Positions 48,586 through 62,548 of a stretch of DNA of 64,000 bases are shown here, in pieces. Numbering within the stretch: position 1 is the first letter of the stretch; every line of letters starts with the position of its first letter. The stretch lies in NCBI GenBank assembly GCA_030295235.1, contig AP026144.1, forward strand, positions 372,001 through 436,000. The letters are read 5' to 3'. The notes beneath the pieces were generated by a model. That model was not told where the DNA came from. It saw nothing but the letters and a program-made list of their open reading frames with translations, and ran no database searches. Origin of the DNA: Fistulifera solaris (lineage: Eukaryota). Position numbers and translations under genes: made by a program.

Positions 48586-49224
48586 GAGACGCTTGGAGAG
48601 TCTATTATAGGTGAAAGAACAGTTGGGGTGCGATGAAAATGGATGGGCGTCGTTTGTGTGTATCTATTGTTCCTCGAATCAAGTGCCGTTTTCAACACTT
48701 CAAATTCGCAGCGCCGCTGTTGTCGGATGATCCAGTAATGTCGAAGAAGCGAAAGAGTTGCTGCCTTAGCGGTCGACTTTCGCCATGGTCGTCCGCTTCT
48801 TTATGCGTTACTCTTCGCATTTCGTTTTTGGTTGGTGTCGATGAACAGTGAACCGGTGCATGGCAGGCGCTCCGTTTTCCGTTGCTACTTGGATGTATAG
48901 CTCATACAAAGTATAGAACGAATTCTTTTCCGTTAAAGTGGATGGGAGTTGTGAGACGTCTGGGCTTGGCACGAACCTTTGTGAAGCCAGAAAACGTCCA
49001 AAATCTTTGGAAGGTCGACGCGACGAGTGCAGTCAATGAACATAACAGAAAGTTCTGGTTTACTGATATTTACAAACAACAAGCACATAGCTCTTGCTTA
49101 TTATCTCTTGAAACAAATTCAGCGTCTCTTTATTATTATCTCACGGTGACGAGTATTCGTGCTTTACACGCGAAGTAGTTCTTTTTCTTTTTCTCGAGCA
49201 CGATCTGCAGCATCACCCATCGTC

Positions 49225-52200
49225 ATGGCGGGAACGAAACGTCGTAGAGGAGGGTAAGTGCTGTCTTTTAATAAAGGTTCTTTTGTGTTCGTCAAGTTAA
49301 CTCTTACTTCTCCGAAGCTCCAAGAAAGCCGCGGTCCATAAAGTGTCTTCCGTTTCTCCGGTGAATCGCTTGATTGCACGACTCTTGCAATGGCAGAAGG
49401 AATCTCCCACGGCGGTAGAACGTCTTTGGAACGACGAATCTCCCGTGCAATTTCTGTCGGAAGACTTTCGAGCAACTTCCGAACCCAACAAGGATGCTGT
49501 TGATGCGGAAGATACCCTCGGATACGTTCTGTTGCTAGCGGCGCAAACTCTGGAACGTCTCACTAGTCGTGAAAATAGTGCGGTCAATATGGCGTGGTTG
49601 GCTTTTGCGGTAGCGCCCTTGGCGTGTCCGCCCTCAGATTCCTGGTCAACGAAAACGGCTCGCCATGTGGCGGGTCGTGCCTTTCTGGCCAGCGTTGGCG
49701 GCGCACATCAAGCCCTCGCCCAGATGGTCGCCCACCCATCGAGCGATGAACGCACCGCCATGGCGATGTTGGCCGCCATTCTGACTCTGGATACGGCATT
49801 CTCTTCTGCGGGAATCAAAGACAGTACTAATTCCTCGCGACAAGCCCGACAGGTTTGGGAACGGTCACGAGCAGCTTTGCGACTTCATGCAGAGAAGTAC
49901 TGGCTCGAGAAGGAGCAAAGCGAGATGGACGATTCGACTGTTTGGGACGCAAAGATGGAAGCATGCTGGTCTTGTATTCATGAGGAAATGGTTGCCGTCC
50001 AAAGTCTTCACGATTCATTTGCTCAAGCGATCGACATTTTTTATTTGATAACGGATCACAGCACTGTTTCTAGTCGGTGGGTAGCAATGGCGTTGACGAT
50101 ACGTGGTGAGCCGCATTGGTTGGAGACGAGTATTGTCTTGCTGGAGGGGCCCTGGATGGAATACTGGTCTTGTCCTGTGATCAGTGATGTCATAGCCCAG
50201 CAAGAGGCTTCTTCGACGTCCATTCGAAAGCGCGGAACAAATGATCCTGTAGAGAATGGAACGCTATACGAACTATTCGGGCCTGCTGTCGCGGTCATGC
50301 TGGTATCGAAAATGGTGCAATTCTTTCGGACGATCAACAAAAGTATTGAGCGCAAATTCAAAGGCAATCTTTACGTCTATATGAATGCTTGTTGGTCGCA
50401 ACGCATTGATAATAAGCAAGACCCACGCGACACCGGTGCCATGCTTTTGTATCGACTGTTGGATGTCCATCGTCGATGCTTGGATGAAATGCAGATACCG
50501 GTTGTAAACGACGATGACGCCATTGAAAGCACGGAGGCCCCTGGGAGCTACTATCCTTTCATAAGCGATGTCTTGGAGCAATTATCAACCGCAATTTCGA
50601 GTTCCCCCTCTCTTTCACACGAGGCTCAGGTTCAAGTCAGAAGCGCTTTGGACGGATTGGCCGTCGCCTTCATATTCCGTCACCAACAAAACGCAAAAGT
50701 GATAGATGCACGTCTCCTGCAATTCGCGATGTTGCAGGTCGTTAGAGCGCTAAACATATCTCGTGGCTCTAATGAAAGTGCGTCGTCGTTGTCGAAAAAA
50801 TCTTCGATGCTGCCATTACCAGTACCCGCATTCTCAAAAACGAAAAGCCAAAAGAAAAAGCATAGCACAAAAAGTACTTATGCTGGGATGTTTTCTACAG
50901 ATTACGGCCCTCCGCATAGAGGTGACGCGAAGCTTGCTTTATTTCTGCGGGCGATTTCCTCCGTTGGTTCATGGGATGCACGCTGCTCGGAATTTCTCTC
51001 TATCCTGTTGAATCTTATCGCTCTTTTGTATGATACAAGAAATTTGGAGTATCCAACCACTTTGACGCGAAAAGCTTGGATTGTCCCTACAAATAATTCT
51101 TCTCCTCGTTCTCACTCGCGCAACTCTTGGACAGGAAAACGGCGCAAAGTAGAGAGCGAGGAATTTGATCGCGTAGCCTCTGCTCCATCATCGTGGTCTA
51201 GAATGACTGCTACCAGAACATTAGTTTGCTCAACTACTCTCGATGCTCTATCGCTTTGTTTGCGATTTTCCCATAATGACCTCAGTCTATCACAATTGCA
51301 GAAACTCTTCAGATCAAGCTTGAGTGTTGAACATGTTTTCATGTTTATTCGTTTGAGCAATTTGCTCCCTTGTGTCTTGCCAGGCACGCTTGTTGATGCT
51401 CAGCCCGTACGTGAAGATGCAGGACACGAAGATATTTCTTATACTGACGGGGAGAACAAGTTATGGTAGGTTCAGAATCGTCTTGGTGAAAAATGATGTT
51501 AAGATGCTAACTCCCTCTCATGAAGGTCTTCCCACATAAATGCTTGTTTGACATTAGCGCGAGGGCGGATATCTTTTCGAAGTGATGATAGGCACGTTTA
51601 TTTGGGCCCGTGGAGGGTGAATATTTTGAAAGAAATCTCTAGTCTTTGTGGATGCCGGGGAATAATGTGGCCGCTGTGGCTACCGCCGCCTCTTCGTGTA
51701 ACCGTGGCTGCGAATCTGGTGTGCGAAAATTCTGAGCCAGGTTGCTGCGATGCCGAGCTTTTTATTGTGAACGGCGCGCTTCTGTCGATCGAAGAAGTTC
51801 TGAATTCGTTTGCAACTTGGCGGTTTCGAGACCCCAGCAGAGAACACGCGATGGTGTGCAATGCGTACGACGAAGTGCTTTTGTCGCTTGAGGACGCGCG
51901 ATTGATCTTATGCGCCCTATGCCGTCTAGACAGAGACAGTCAACGCGATTTTTTCACGAAGTTGACACGGATTGTTCGTCAATGGATTGAAACTATCTAT
52001 GAGCGATCCGGCGACTTCACACAGTTGAAAGATAATTATGAGGCGTCGGGATTCGTGTCGCGTATTACTACATTTGTCTCAAATGTATATTTTCTTTGCG
52101 ATCTGGAGTTGATGTAAGACGCGAGTTATTTGAACTTGTTGGTTCGTCCCAAACTTCATCTGTGTTGAAGTTGAGACAAAGTCCACAATACTGTGCGGAA

Positions 52201-55200
52201 AAGAGTTTTATGGGGGTTCTAGGAAATTGGAAAATTATGGACGATGTTTCGTCTAAAATAATGCTTGAAGATGTTGATCCCATAGCACAGGAATCGATGA
52301 GGCATGTTCTTGAGGAAGCCTTTCGTCTTGGATTTTCGACGGGTCAGACTGACAACGGGCATTTAGTTTATTCCGCTTGGAACGGTTTGGGGAAAAGCGA
52401 TCTGTGGAGTATGAAGGAAGAGATCGCTTCAATTTCTCAACGATTTGTTTTTGATGCATCTAAAGTACCGTCCGTGATCCTCGAACTCCGAGATGATCTT
52501 TGTTTAGTCAAACGGCTTCTCCGCAGAATATATCTGAACGCATCTTCAACATCTCCACTTATGGCTGCCGTCGATAGTCAAATGAGATCTGATTTTGGAA
52601 ACAAAACAGAATTGTCGCTTAAGATCGGATCATGTTTACTTGCTATGATTAACAAGGCGTCCGCATTGGTAGAGATTTTGGTAGGGAATGAGATGGGCGA
52701 AGCTTTATCGATGTCATCTCAACTCCCTTCTCTTGTTCATACATTGGCGACATACGTTTGCTTTGCTGCATCATCTTGCACAATACCCAAAAAAGATTTT
52801 TTCTCTGCGTTTGGTCAAAAGCGAAAACGAGGGAATTCTACGGAGAGTGATACGAGCGTCTCGGACGACGATACTTCTGAGGTTGGCAATGCCGAACCGA
52901 CAGATTCTTTGCAGAGTTTCCAAGACATCTGTGCTCAAATAGGCGCTAGTCCTGTCTACCCAGATTGGCTTGACATGGATTGCAATTTATTGGATCGAAC
53001 AAACCCTGACATGGCGTTGGACATTGCAGAAAAAGCTAACATGTGCATTACGTCATTGGTAACGGTTTGCATTCGCGAAGTGAAAGCTCGTCAAGCTATT
53101 GTCCTTGCTGGCGAAAAATCTTTTCTACCTGACCTTGATTTACCTATCATCGAACTCTGTTGGTTGGACCGGTTCTGGGATGAAAGCTCATCCTTTTTCG
53201 GGAGCCGTGCTCAGATTTCCGTGCAGGATAGCGAAGGAATGTGTGTATTACTAAGCCAGCACTTAGGGATCGAGACCGTTGATATGCGCTTTGCCGTTGA
53301 AATTCTATCTTCTAAGATTCGTGGCAGTCAATCCATGACATCGTTTACATGCGGTGCTTCTCAACGCGTAAATGGAAAGTTGGCTGATTTTTTGCGTCGA
53401 AACGGTGTGGGTACGATTGCCTTAAGTACTCAAATGCTGCGAGCGACTTGTGAGTGGGAAATACTTCTTGCTCGGGGACTCGCTCCTGCTTGTCTAGGGC
53501 ACGATGAGGTTCTAGGTGTTTCCGCTAGGTCCAGACAGCCCTTTCTTGAAGCAATGCGATGGATGAACGCGCTGTCTGGAGCTATCGACTGTTTCGCTCC
53601 AGTGGTAGCTTTGATTTACTTTGGAGTCCACCGAGAAAGGGATGTACGGGCCATACGACGATCCTCGGACATTCAGATTGATGATTTGGAAAGAAACTAT
53701 GAGTGTTTCAGGAGTTCTATTGACTGCGCTGATGTACCCATTTCTTTGAAGAAGTCGGTGCACGAGACGCTAGCAGTGTTATCTGTTCTTCCTTCATCAG
53801 TGTGCGCGAGCTCGTTAGCGGTGGAAATATTTACTGAAGAAAATTCTTTTTGCGTTTGAAAATCGACACTTGCCTGTTGAAGGCACTTTGTATTCTAAAC
53901 GAATGGCCAGTGCCAGAGAGGTTTACGGGTCGGGAATTATTGTGTCGAAGCGTTGTAGACAGGTTGGTTCTTTTCATGGAAAACGCGCTAAGCGAACAGA
54001 AAAGCTCGAGCGATACAGCCTCCTGCGATACGCTGTTGTCAGCTCTTTGTGGTTTTGAGTCTCCCAAGACAACAACACTTGAAAGGGTACAGTTTGATAT
54101 GAGGATTTTGAAAGAAGTTATACGAAGATCTGTATGTCACACTGGAGATCACAGAAACATATTTGAAATCGAAAATTTCGGCTTGCTTCGCTGTCTCACG
54201 AACTTGATAAAGTCGAGTCTCCCAAGCAACCGATCACGTATCTTTTCGTTGAAAAGGTAACAATGGTTTTAAGAAATTTATTAGAGGATGACGATGAGGA
54301 TGGACGAGTATCATCCGTAATGGGAATTTTGAAAGAATGGGACGACGATGCACTCCGTAGTCTTTTTACTAGATGACGTTTGCTTCAGCTCTCAAAGTGA
54401 AAGTGGGAACGCACTGTCTATGGAACTCCAGACGAAACTGTGTTCCTTTTTTCAGTCGTCCTTCTTTGTAAGGGAGGCCTGTATTTCGGATATCGAACGT
54501 CGAAGATGATTACAAAGACCCTATTGGAATCCTTCAAGATTTGGTGGAAAAATTCACTGCACGCAAGGGTTCGAATTCTCAACTTACTTCTAGTACATTC
54601 GACGGTTACTAGAGAACTACATTTAGTTGGAGAAGCACTAATGGCATTTCACGAGGAGAGTAAGCTGCTTTCTACAAGAGACTTCTGCTACTGTTTTATA
54701 TTTGTTTCCTCTCTTCAAAAATGTTTAGAAGGGAGGGTCAGCGCAGACACTGGGACGGAGGAAAGAATGCTCGCTACACTTCCTTCGGTTTGCACCTATG
54801 TCGCGTTCTCAGATTTCCAAGAGCAGCATTGGTGTACGTTTGTTTCACGTCTCTTCACCCCCCAAATTTTTTCTCACATTTTGTTATCCACTTTTGCAGA
54901 CCAATGCTTTACTTGTGGCTTGGTCGGCGACCGAGGATGTTGCTCGTTGTGCGCCCTTGTTTGTCACAGAGGCCATGACGTTTCCTACGCACGCAAGAGT
55001 TCTTTTTTCTGTGATTGTGGAGCTGAACAACCCAGCAATGGGGACACGTCGAGAGTCAGATGCAGGTGTTTAAGCGCTGTTTCAAAAGTTGAAATAGATG
55101 AACTTCAGGCGGTAAAGCGTCAAAGTGTCTACAAATATTTGTTAAAGCCAAAGGATGAGGAGGGCATGATTACGTCGGCGTTCGTGGAACGTCTTGTTTC

Positions 55201-58200
55201 GTTGTACCGAAAAGAGTGCATATCTGCCTTAAGCTTATTTAAAAGGAAATCTGGATTCAAGGAAAGGTCGAAGGAAATTATCATGAGCCTCGCAAACGAT
55301 CTTAAAGCAGAATTGAACTCGCCTGCTTCGTTGACCTCGCGAGACTGGCTCTATCAAAGATCTGGATGGAATTGCTCTGTGCTGAGCACATCATTAAAAA
55401 GCCGGAGCGGTTCGTCCAATTTCAATGGAACTATCTCTCTTATGGAACAGCCTTGCTTTTCCTTTTTAGAGAAGATTCTCTCCGTGTAACCTTGTCCTCG
55501 TCAAGACAAACTTATCTTTCCGAAAAGAGGATCAAGCGACGAGCGGTTCAGGCCGATTCAAGGGGAAGACTGTTTATTGGAGAATCTTACTCCGTTCTAA
55601 TCTGTAACGGTTTTGCGGTATGTCGCTTCTTTCAACACCAATCAAATATTGTTGCAGCTAGTTCACGACAAGCCCTTGGAATAATAAAGTCAATACCAAT
55701 TCCTTTTGAAGCTATTGGTTTACAGCTTGCGCCAGGAAATGAACGAATATGTGCTGTTTGGGGCAGCAATCATATTACAATTTTTGTCATGAAACAGACC
55801 CTTGATGATTATGAACACAGGGTTAATCTTTCCATCAACATTGATGAGGGAGAGGCTTCTCTAGATATATTGAAGTGTCACTGGCTGTATGGATCAGCCC
55901 GGTACCTCGCCGTATCGTGTTGCGAAATGCTGCTTTTCTATGATATTGAGGCTTCGGACAGAACACCAGTTGCCACGCTACGAAGTCCTATCGTGGATGT
56001 AGGTGTTTCCTTGGAAATCGACGATTTCATCAGTGTCCCTATCCAGCATCCAACTAATAAAGGTCAATCATGGGAAGTGTTTGTCGTGCTTAGAGATGGC
56101 ACCTTGTCCAGCACGACTTTAGCAGCTACACATGAGCTTCAACAATTATGTCTACCTTATTCGCAGCTTTCCAGGGGCCAAAGGATGTCAGTTGATTCTA
56201 TTTCTTGCGGAGAGATTCTGACGGCAAATCCTTGTCGGATGCATTTTCTGTCGAAAAGTTCTCTCCTCTTATTTCAGAAAGGGCCGTTCGTGCAAGCGTT
56301 GCATATCAACGACGACGGGAAAGTTGACCACAGTTTCCCACTTCTTCCAAACCGTATAAGTTTGAAGCTATCAGGAAGTCTGACAACGGTTGCGGTCACG
56401 GAATATTCACACTGGTGTGAATTAGGATTAGTTAGCGACGAGTCATCCCAACCCTACTTTCGAGTAACGTGCATCGCTCAACAAGAGTCATCGGATCGAC
56501 AATTTCTAGTGATTGTTGATTTCAACAGTGAGAAGACAAACATCAAAGTGGCAAATCTCACACAGGTCGATGACAGCTCTCTCTGTCAGTCTGAAATAGA
56601 TGTCATAGGTTGTGCTACAATTTCGTTTCCGCTTGTCGAAAGGTCTGGTGACCAGCGGGTTGTGAAGCAGGAGAAAGCGTCCGTTTGCATGGTCTCGGCG
56701 AAAGGATCCTTAATTAGTTTCATGGACGGCTGTTTGATTCCGCTGAAGTTTTCAGTTGACCCTGTCGTGGACCGCAAAGGGAATTTCGAGAGACAACCAG
56801 AGCTTCTCATTGAATCAGACGCTTCTTTGCTATCGTTTGAAAAATTGACATTTATCGAAAGGTGAGCAGGCGCGTGTGAAAGTTATTGTTTTCTCTCGTC
56901 TTTTCTTACTAAAATGCTTACATCGATCAAGTTCGGATGAGATGAAATCGAAACTTTTCCAAGAGATAAACAGTATCGAGCATCCTGAATTTGACGGCTC
57001 TACAGTGAGCATCGTTTCGCCATGTGCGAACATGGTGGTAGTGACTGTCCGTGTCCGGATATCGACAGAAATAGCAACGGTTTCGGGCTCGAATCGGTGG
57101 CACGATTTCCATTTGACCAGGCAAGAAATAATCGCTGGGATACGTTGTGGTGTATATTCGTTTCACATCAACAAAACCTTTTTTGGGAGAAGGAAAGCTA
57201 AAATCGACGGCCTCGAATTGTATGGTGTAGAAAGGGCTTCTATTGATTCCTGGATACCAAATGCAGTGTCCCCATACGACTCATGGCAAACATTAGGCGC
57301 TCTCGAAGGAAAACTGAATAGATCGCAAAGACTATGCCTGGTTCTTCATGGACTGAGCAGTTGCGCGTGTGTCTTCGATTGCCGTGCTACCGCGGCTTGT
57401 GACAATGATATTTTAAGTTATATTACCACTGAGACTTTTCTCAGCGGTGATGCTGAAATGGGTGATGCTTTGAAGCAGATGGTCGCGTCCATATTGGAGG
57501 ACGAGCGCCAAAACCTCCTGGACAACGCTTTGATAGTCTCGTGTCTTGGCCTCCTAGAACAGCTGCACAGTAACTTCTTTGTGCAGCAAACAGGCGGCTC
57601 GGAGTCGAGTATTGTTGTCTGGCGCCGATATCGGCCTATTTTGAGGGCATATCTCAGATGTGTTGCCGCTGTTGCTCGACTACGGCCCAATAATTACTTT
57701 CGGTCGCATGATCGCTTCTCTGGGTCTATCGCTAAACAAATACAAAAGCTCTTGGACGACGAGATCCTTCGTTCGCTGGATAATGCTGAAATCATTTCCG
57801 ACTTCGTTGAGCTTGCCCTTCTCGAATGTGCGGTCGTAAGAAACTTAGGGGAAAATTTTGACTCTCAAAAGAAATTTGCTGATTTCACACTTTTGAAACC
57901 CGTTCTTACCGGCACCAATCAGCTTCTTGTACAAAGAGCCACTCTTGATATTTTGAATTTTTGCAAAAGTATAGTACCGAAAAAAATCTTTCGGAAGAAG
58001 AGACGGATCTTTTCGTCACGGCTCACTCAATGGGCGTTTACTATTGCTGCGATTTTTGCGACAGGCATATAAAGGGTGTTCGCTACGCACTCGAGGACGA
58101 AGATAACCACATTGACCTTTGTCGAAAATGCTACAACGATGCGTATCAGCATGCGAGTACTCTTAAATTTAGCGGTAGTGAAGACGTTGTTTTAGGTCAA

Positions 58201-61200
58201 GACTCCAAAGAAGATCGGCCAAGACTGACCTGCGCTGAAGTGAAAAAATTGAAGCCACATAACGAAGCGACCGAAAGTTCTGGCATTGATTCAGATAGTG
58301 ATGCCGTTGGAGAGGTCCGGGGGCAAGTCTTTGAGAGACAGCGGCTTTTTGGCGACTTCCTGGACGGTCTCGTTTGTACAATTGGAAATATGGTTGCCGT
58401 AGAAATTGAGAAACAACAACTTCACGTTCCCCTTTTGATTGCTCTCGTAGATGAGTTATATCATTTAAGCCACCATGGATCTCGCTGCGATAGAGAGGTT
58501 TGGTTAACCAGGAAACTTGTTGAAGGGCTTTCACGGACTCTGCAACGTCTTCAGCTTCGATCTCCTCCGTCAAAGGAAATGGCATTGCTTTTGGTATGCG
58601 TACAGAACTTTACGTTAGCTTTGACCAGCCTTGTCGTTCCTGACCAAGAAGCACGAGACTACTTGATCGATCCCTTCAACGACGATGGACCCCATCACTT
58701 AGTTGACAGTGAATCATCACCACGATACAAATGTAACCATGGTATGCCTGCTGCGCTTCGGACGCTAAAGCAGGAGTCACTGAGCCAACGTTCATTCTAT
58801 TCCTGCTGTATGAAGTCGAAAGCCCATAAGTGTAATTATTTTGAATGGTCAGACAATTCTTTTTGCCAGCGACGGCCTTTGTTTAACGAGAATGTCGCGC
58901 GAAAGATTTGGGAAATGATTTCGACAACACAACACGGTCGAAGGCACTCTACAGAAAGGTTGCTCTGTTACCTTACGAGACAGCTTTTGTCGGCGATCGA
59001 AGCCTCCGCTCGCGAAGAGAACAAAGGTAGCGAGACGATGCGGCGAATTACCAATGAAGATGTGCTTAAGAATTTCAATGACGGGGTATATTGTAGCGTG
59101 TGCCGTGTGCACAACACCTTTGACAACTCACCAGGCAATGAACAATTTCCACTTTATAATTCATATCCCGATTTAGCGCAAGTCCGTTCTATTCTTGAAC
59201 TCCTTGCCCTTGTCGGTGACGAAGGCGACGTCGATTTGTGGTTCGACCCGCTTTGCGCGATCCTAGTATCCCCTCCTAAGAATACTTCGAGTTTTCGGCC
59301 ACTTGCCAAGCGATGTCTGTTTCAACTTTGTGGAAAATCCCCGTCACTGTTTCTGGAGGTACGCGACACCTTCCTTTTAGAAATCGATTCGAACGTCTCA
59401 TGGCGATGTGTCAAGAAGTCATGAATTATTGTTTACTTTTGAACAGAAAGGCTTCACCACAGAAGAGAAGAGGTCAAGACGTGGAAGAACTGGAATGGGA
59501 AAAATTGTCTCTTCGTGAGATTATAGGTACTACTGATCTCATAACAGAAAATGCATTTTTACAAGACTGTTCATCCAAGTTTGGGGCGGCCTTGGAGGAG
59601 CTTCTACTACACGCTTTTAAGCGGCCTAAGAACTGGAGAGCGTTTTGTCAGTCAAAAGGGTCCAGACCAACGAATAAAGAGGGTGGTGATTCGTACCGCC
59701 ACCCTATTTGTGACGTTCTCGCACTACCATCGCTTCTGACCGGTGAAAACCGTGTTCATTCCATGAAATTGGCCAGCCTTGCGTTTTCATCCCCTTCGTT
59801 ACCGGCTGATTCCCAGGAAAACTCAATAGCACCATCGGAAGCTCACAGTGCGAGCTGGTCAATAAATAAAGGAGAAAAGGAAGATGACATCGTCGCTTTC
59901 ATCATTCGATTTGTCTGCGGCGACGAGTCGCAAGAAGTCCGTCGATTAGCCACTGTTGTCGCACGGGGATTATGTGATGGAGAACAAGAGGCGGCACAAC
60001 TTTTTACTCGCTTACTCAAGAGTCAAGTTGCAATAATGGGAAATACGGGAAAGCTCTTTCTTGAGTTTTTCGATGTGCTGAATACGTTGGTGCGGGCGAC
60101 TAGAAAGGAATTTATGGACATTCATTCGATGCTTGCTTTAGTCGAATGCTTGTTTTGCGAGCAGACATCTGCCAACCATTGCGATCAATTTGGAAGGGCG
60201 ACACATTGTTTTGAAATCAAGAAGAATGCCGCAATTCAAAGAACAAGATTTGATCTTATCCCATGTGGTCACATCATTAGCCGCCCCCGAGAAAGACAAA
60301 AACCAAAAGACACCCTGAACAAGTGGGTCGATTTGCTCGTTTTCGACTAAAAACAGACCCAAACTCGTCATCAAGCCACGACTTCAATCACTTCGTGGTC
60401 CTACCCCATCGAAGTGTTATCTCTGAAATACATTTAGAGATTAACGACCCTCATGGGCGGTTCGTGAAGACCATCAACTTTTACTACTCTCCGCGGCCGG
60501 TAAACAGTCCTACTGATCTGAAAGAAACCGATTATTTTCATGTATGGAAACTTTGCGGAACACTTAATTTGGAGAGGGCAGCCGAGAAAGCATCGTTGAA
60601 GCTAGAAGTTTTAGTTGCTGCATCGAATATACGCATCGAATTCGACGAATTCTATGACCGCCCGGGAAGTAATAAATCAGACGAATTTGTCATCCATTGC
60701 CCTCGTTGTATGCGTGTTGTAACAAATGCGCACGGTGTATGTGGCAGCTGCGGGAAGTTGCTTTCCAGTGCAGAAAATGCCGCCATATCAACTATGACAG
60801 ATTAAATGCATTCCTCTGTGTGGAATGTGGCTATTGCGCATCGGGTGGACTGGCATACGAATTAACAGCTGCAGTTGCATCAAACGCAGTTGCTATCACT
60901 TGTGACAATGATTACAAAGAAGCGCTTTCAATGTTCGCCTGGGGCTCCAAAATATCAGAAGACCTACGAGCTGGTCTAAAAGCAAGCTTGGGAGCACTTT
61001 CAGTAGAATTTATGAAACAACCAGCAATCGGGGGCTCCGTACTGATTGGTAGGGCCTACGAAGGCCAACTACCACTGAAACCCGGCTCAACGGAACTTAA
61101 GTTGGAGAACCCATCGTTGAAACAATTTGACAAGTTAGGTTCCGTTGTAAGGGCTATTGCGGAAAAACGAAAATGTTCACTGAATGCCGCTGATAGATCT

Positions 61201-61908
61201 AACTCCCAAAACACTGTCAATAGTCACTCACGCGGGTTTCACCGAGACGATTTTGATGACGCTTCAGAGTTCTTTGGTGGGTTATTGGAAAGTTCTGGAA
61301 TGAGTACAGGTTTGGATCGTCTCATGGCCTCGGTTCGGCGTCAGCGTGAGCGAAACGATAACCCAGACACCGCTCAACACCAGCCCCTTCCAAAGAATGG
61401 CGTCGCCGAGTGTGATCATCTGTATCATCTGGTCCACGAAGCGCAACGAGAATGTTTTCGGTTAGAACGCCGTATTGAGGCATGGCAAAGGCTTGAGACA
61501 GGAAGCATGTTCAGTGACGAGCATAAAAGCTTAACGGGCTTCCAGCCATCAAGATGCTCCGTTTGTTCCCCGCTCGTTACCAGACAGCTTCTCATGTTGT
61601 GGCACTCTTTGTTTCTGCTGGATCCGAAGGATGCACAAGTCAATGACGGCATGTTAGCCATTTTGTTGACAGAAGATGTCACGGCGATGAAGGACGTCCA
61701 AGAGATGAAACGGATCATAGTAAAAGACATTGCTGTCAACTCAGAGAAAGGCCGTTCTGCAATTCTGGCAGCATTAAGCAATCGATTGATTGACAGACAC
61801 TGTGCTGAAATAATTGGAACCATTTTGAAAGAAGAAATCGATCCAGGAATCGTAAATCCCTTTCTATCGCTGGCGGACCACATCCTTGATTGCAATCTTG
61901 CACTATAA
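49225..61908 (+). CDS. Giant UBR4/BIG-like protein with UBR box, ZZ finger, GRF-like finger and Cys-rich domain; fragmented by indels and introns
   Basis: UBR box CTY...QHWYQCFTCGL....CCSLCALVCHRGHDVSY....FFCDCG (intron 54834-54899). ZZ finger YCCDFCD..I.GVRY...DLCRKCY. UBR4-type HCPRC...V....GVC..C.EVAFQCRKCRHINY....AFLCVECGYC, preceded by FVKTINFYY. Contiguous + strand ORFs span 12.7 kb. Confidence 0.88.
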
Positions 61909-62417
61909 CAAATCTTTGGGGTAGCATGAAGGAATAAAATAGATGCTTCTTTTGCCTATTCGTGAATATTAAGCGCAGCATTTCGGATAATGTTGATTGA
62001 TTGTCAGCAAGGTTACCGCTGGACCTCGGAAAATAATCCAGGTACCCGCTTTTTTTATCCATACCACAATAAACTCATAATCACGTCTTAATCAATCTCA
62101 TATCCCCTCTACTCTAATAATAGAAACGCCTTTATCAATTTCTCCGTATCAGTTTTTGAGTCGGAAGACTGAATGCAAATGGTTTGAGACTTCGAGACAG
62201 AGGGCCTCTCTGCTAGAATCTCCAGAGCTAGGTCCTTCACTTTTGTTCCGAAACAATTCAGAAAGCTCCAGGGAACTCCGACCGGTATTCAAGAATGCTT
62301 AATTGATTATATCTCATCGGCATTCCCTGCATTATACAGTAACCTTAGTCGAATTTTTTCTAAACCTTGCGTGGCTTATATCACGAGCTTTGAACCAAAA
62401 AGTTTGAAATGCAGCGA

Positions 62418-62456
62418 TACTGGTACGGTACCGGTACCGGTACCGGTACCTGGTAC
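62418..62456. repeat. Palindromic (GGTACC)n tract about 90 bp upstream of a start codon
   Basis: Sequence tactggtacggtaccggtaccggtaccggtacctggtac. Confidence 0.75.
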
Positions 62457-62548
62457 TTTTCGAAAAGCAATGCCAGTCGTGATAATTGGCAAATAGATAC
62501 TCCGTATTACATTCAAAACGGTAGCTGTATAAAAAGATCCTGCAAAAC

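Noticed and set aside
190..60760. Programmed ribosomal frameshifting or mass pseudogenisation
   Set aside because: The indels go in both directions, share no slippery motif, sit in homopolymers and hit essential CCT2 without other decay. Sequencing error is the simpler explanation.
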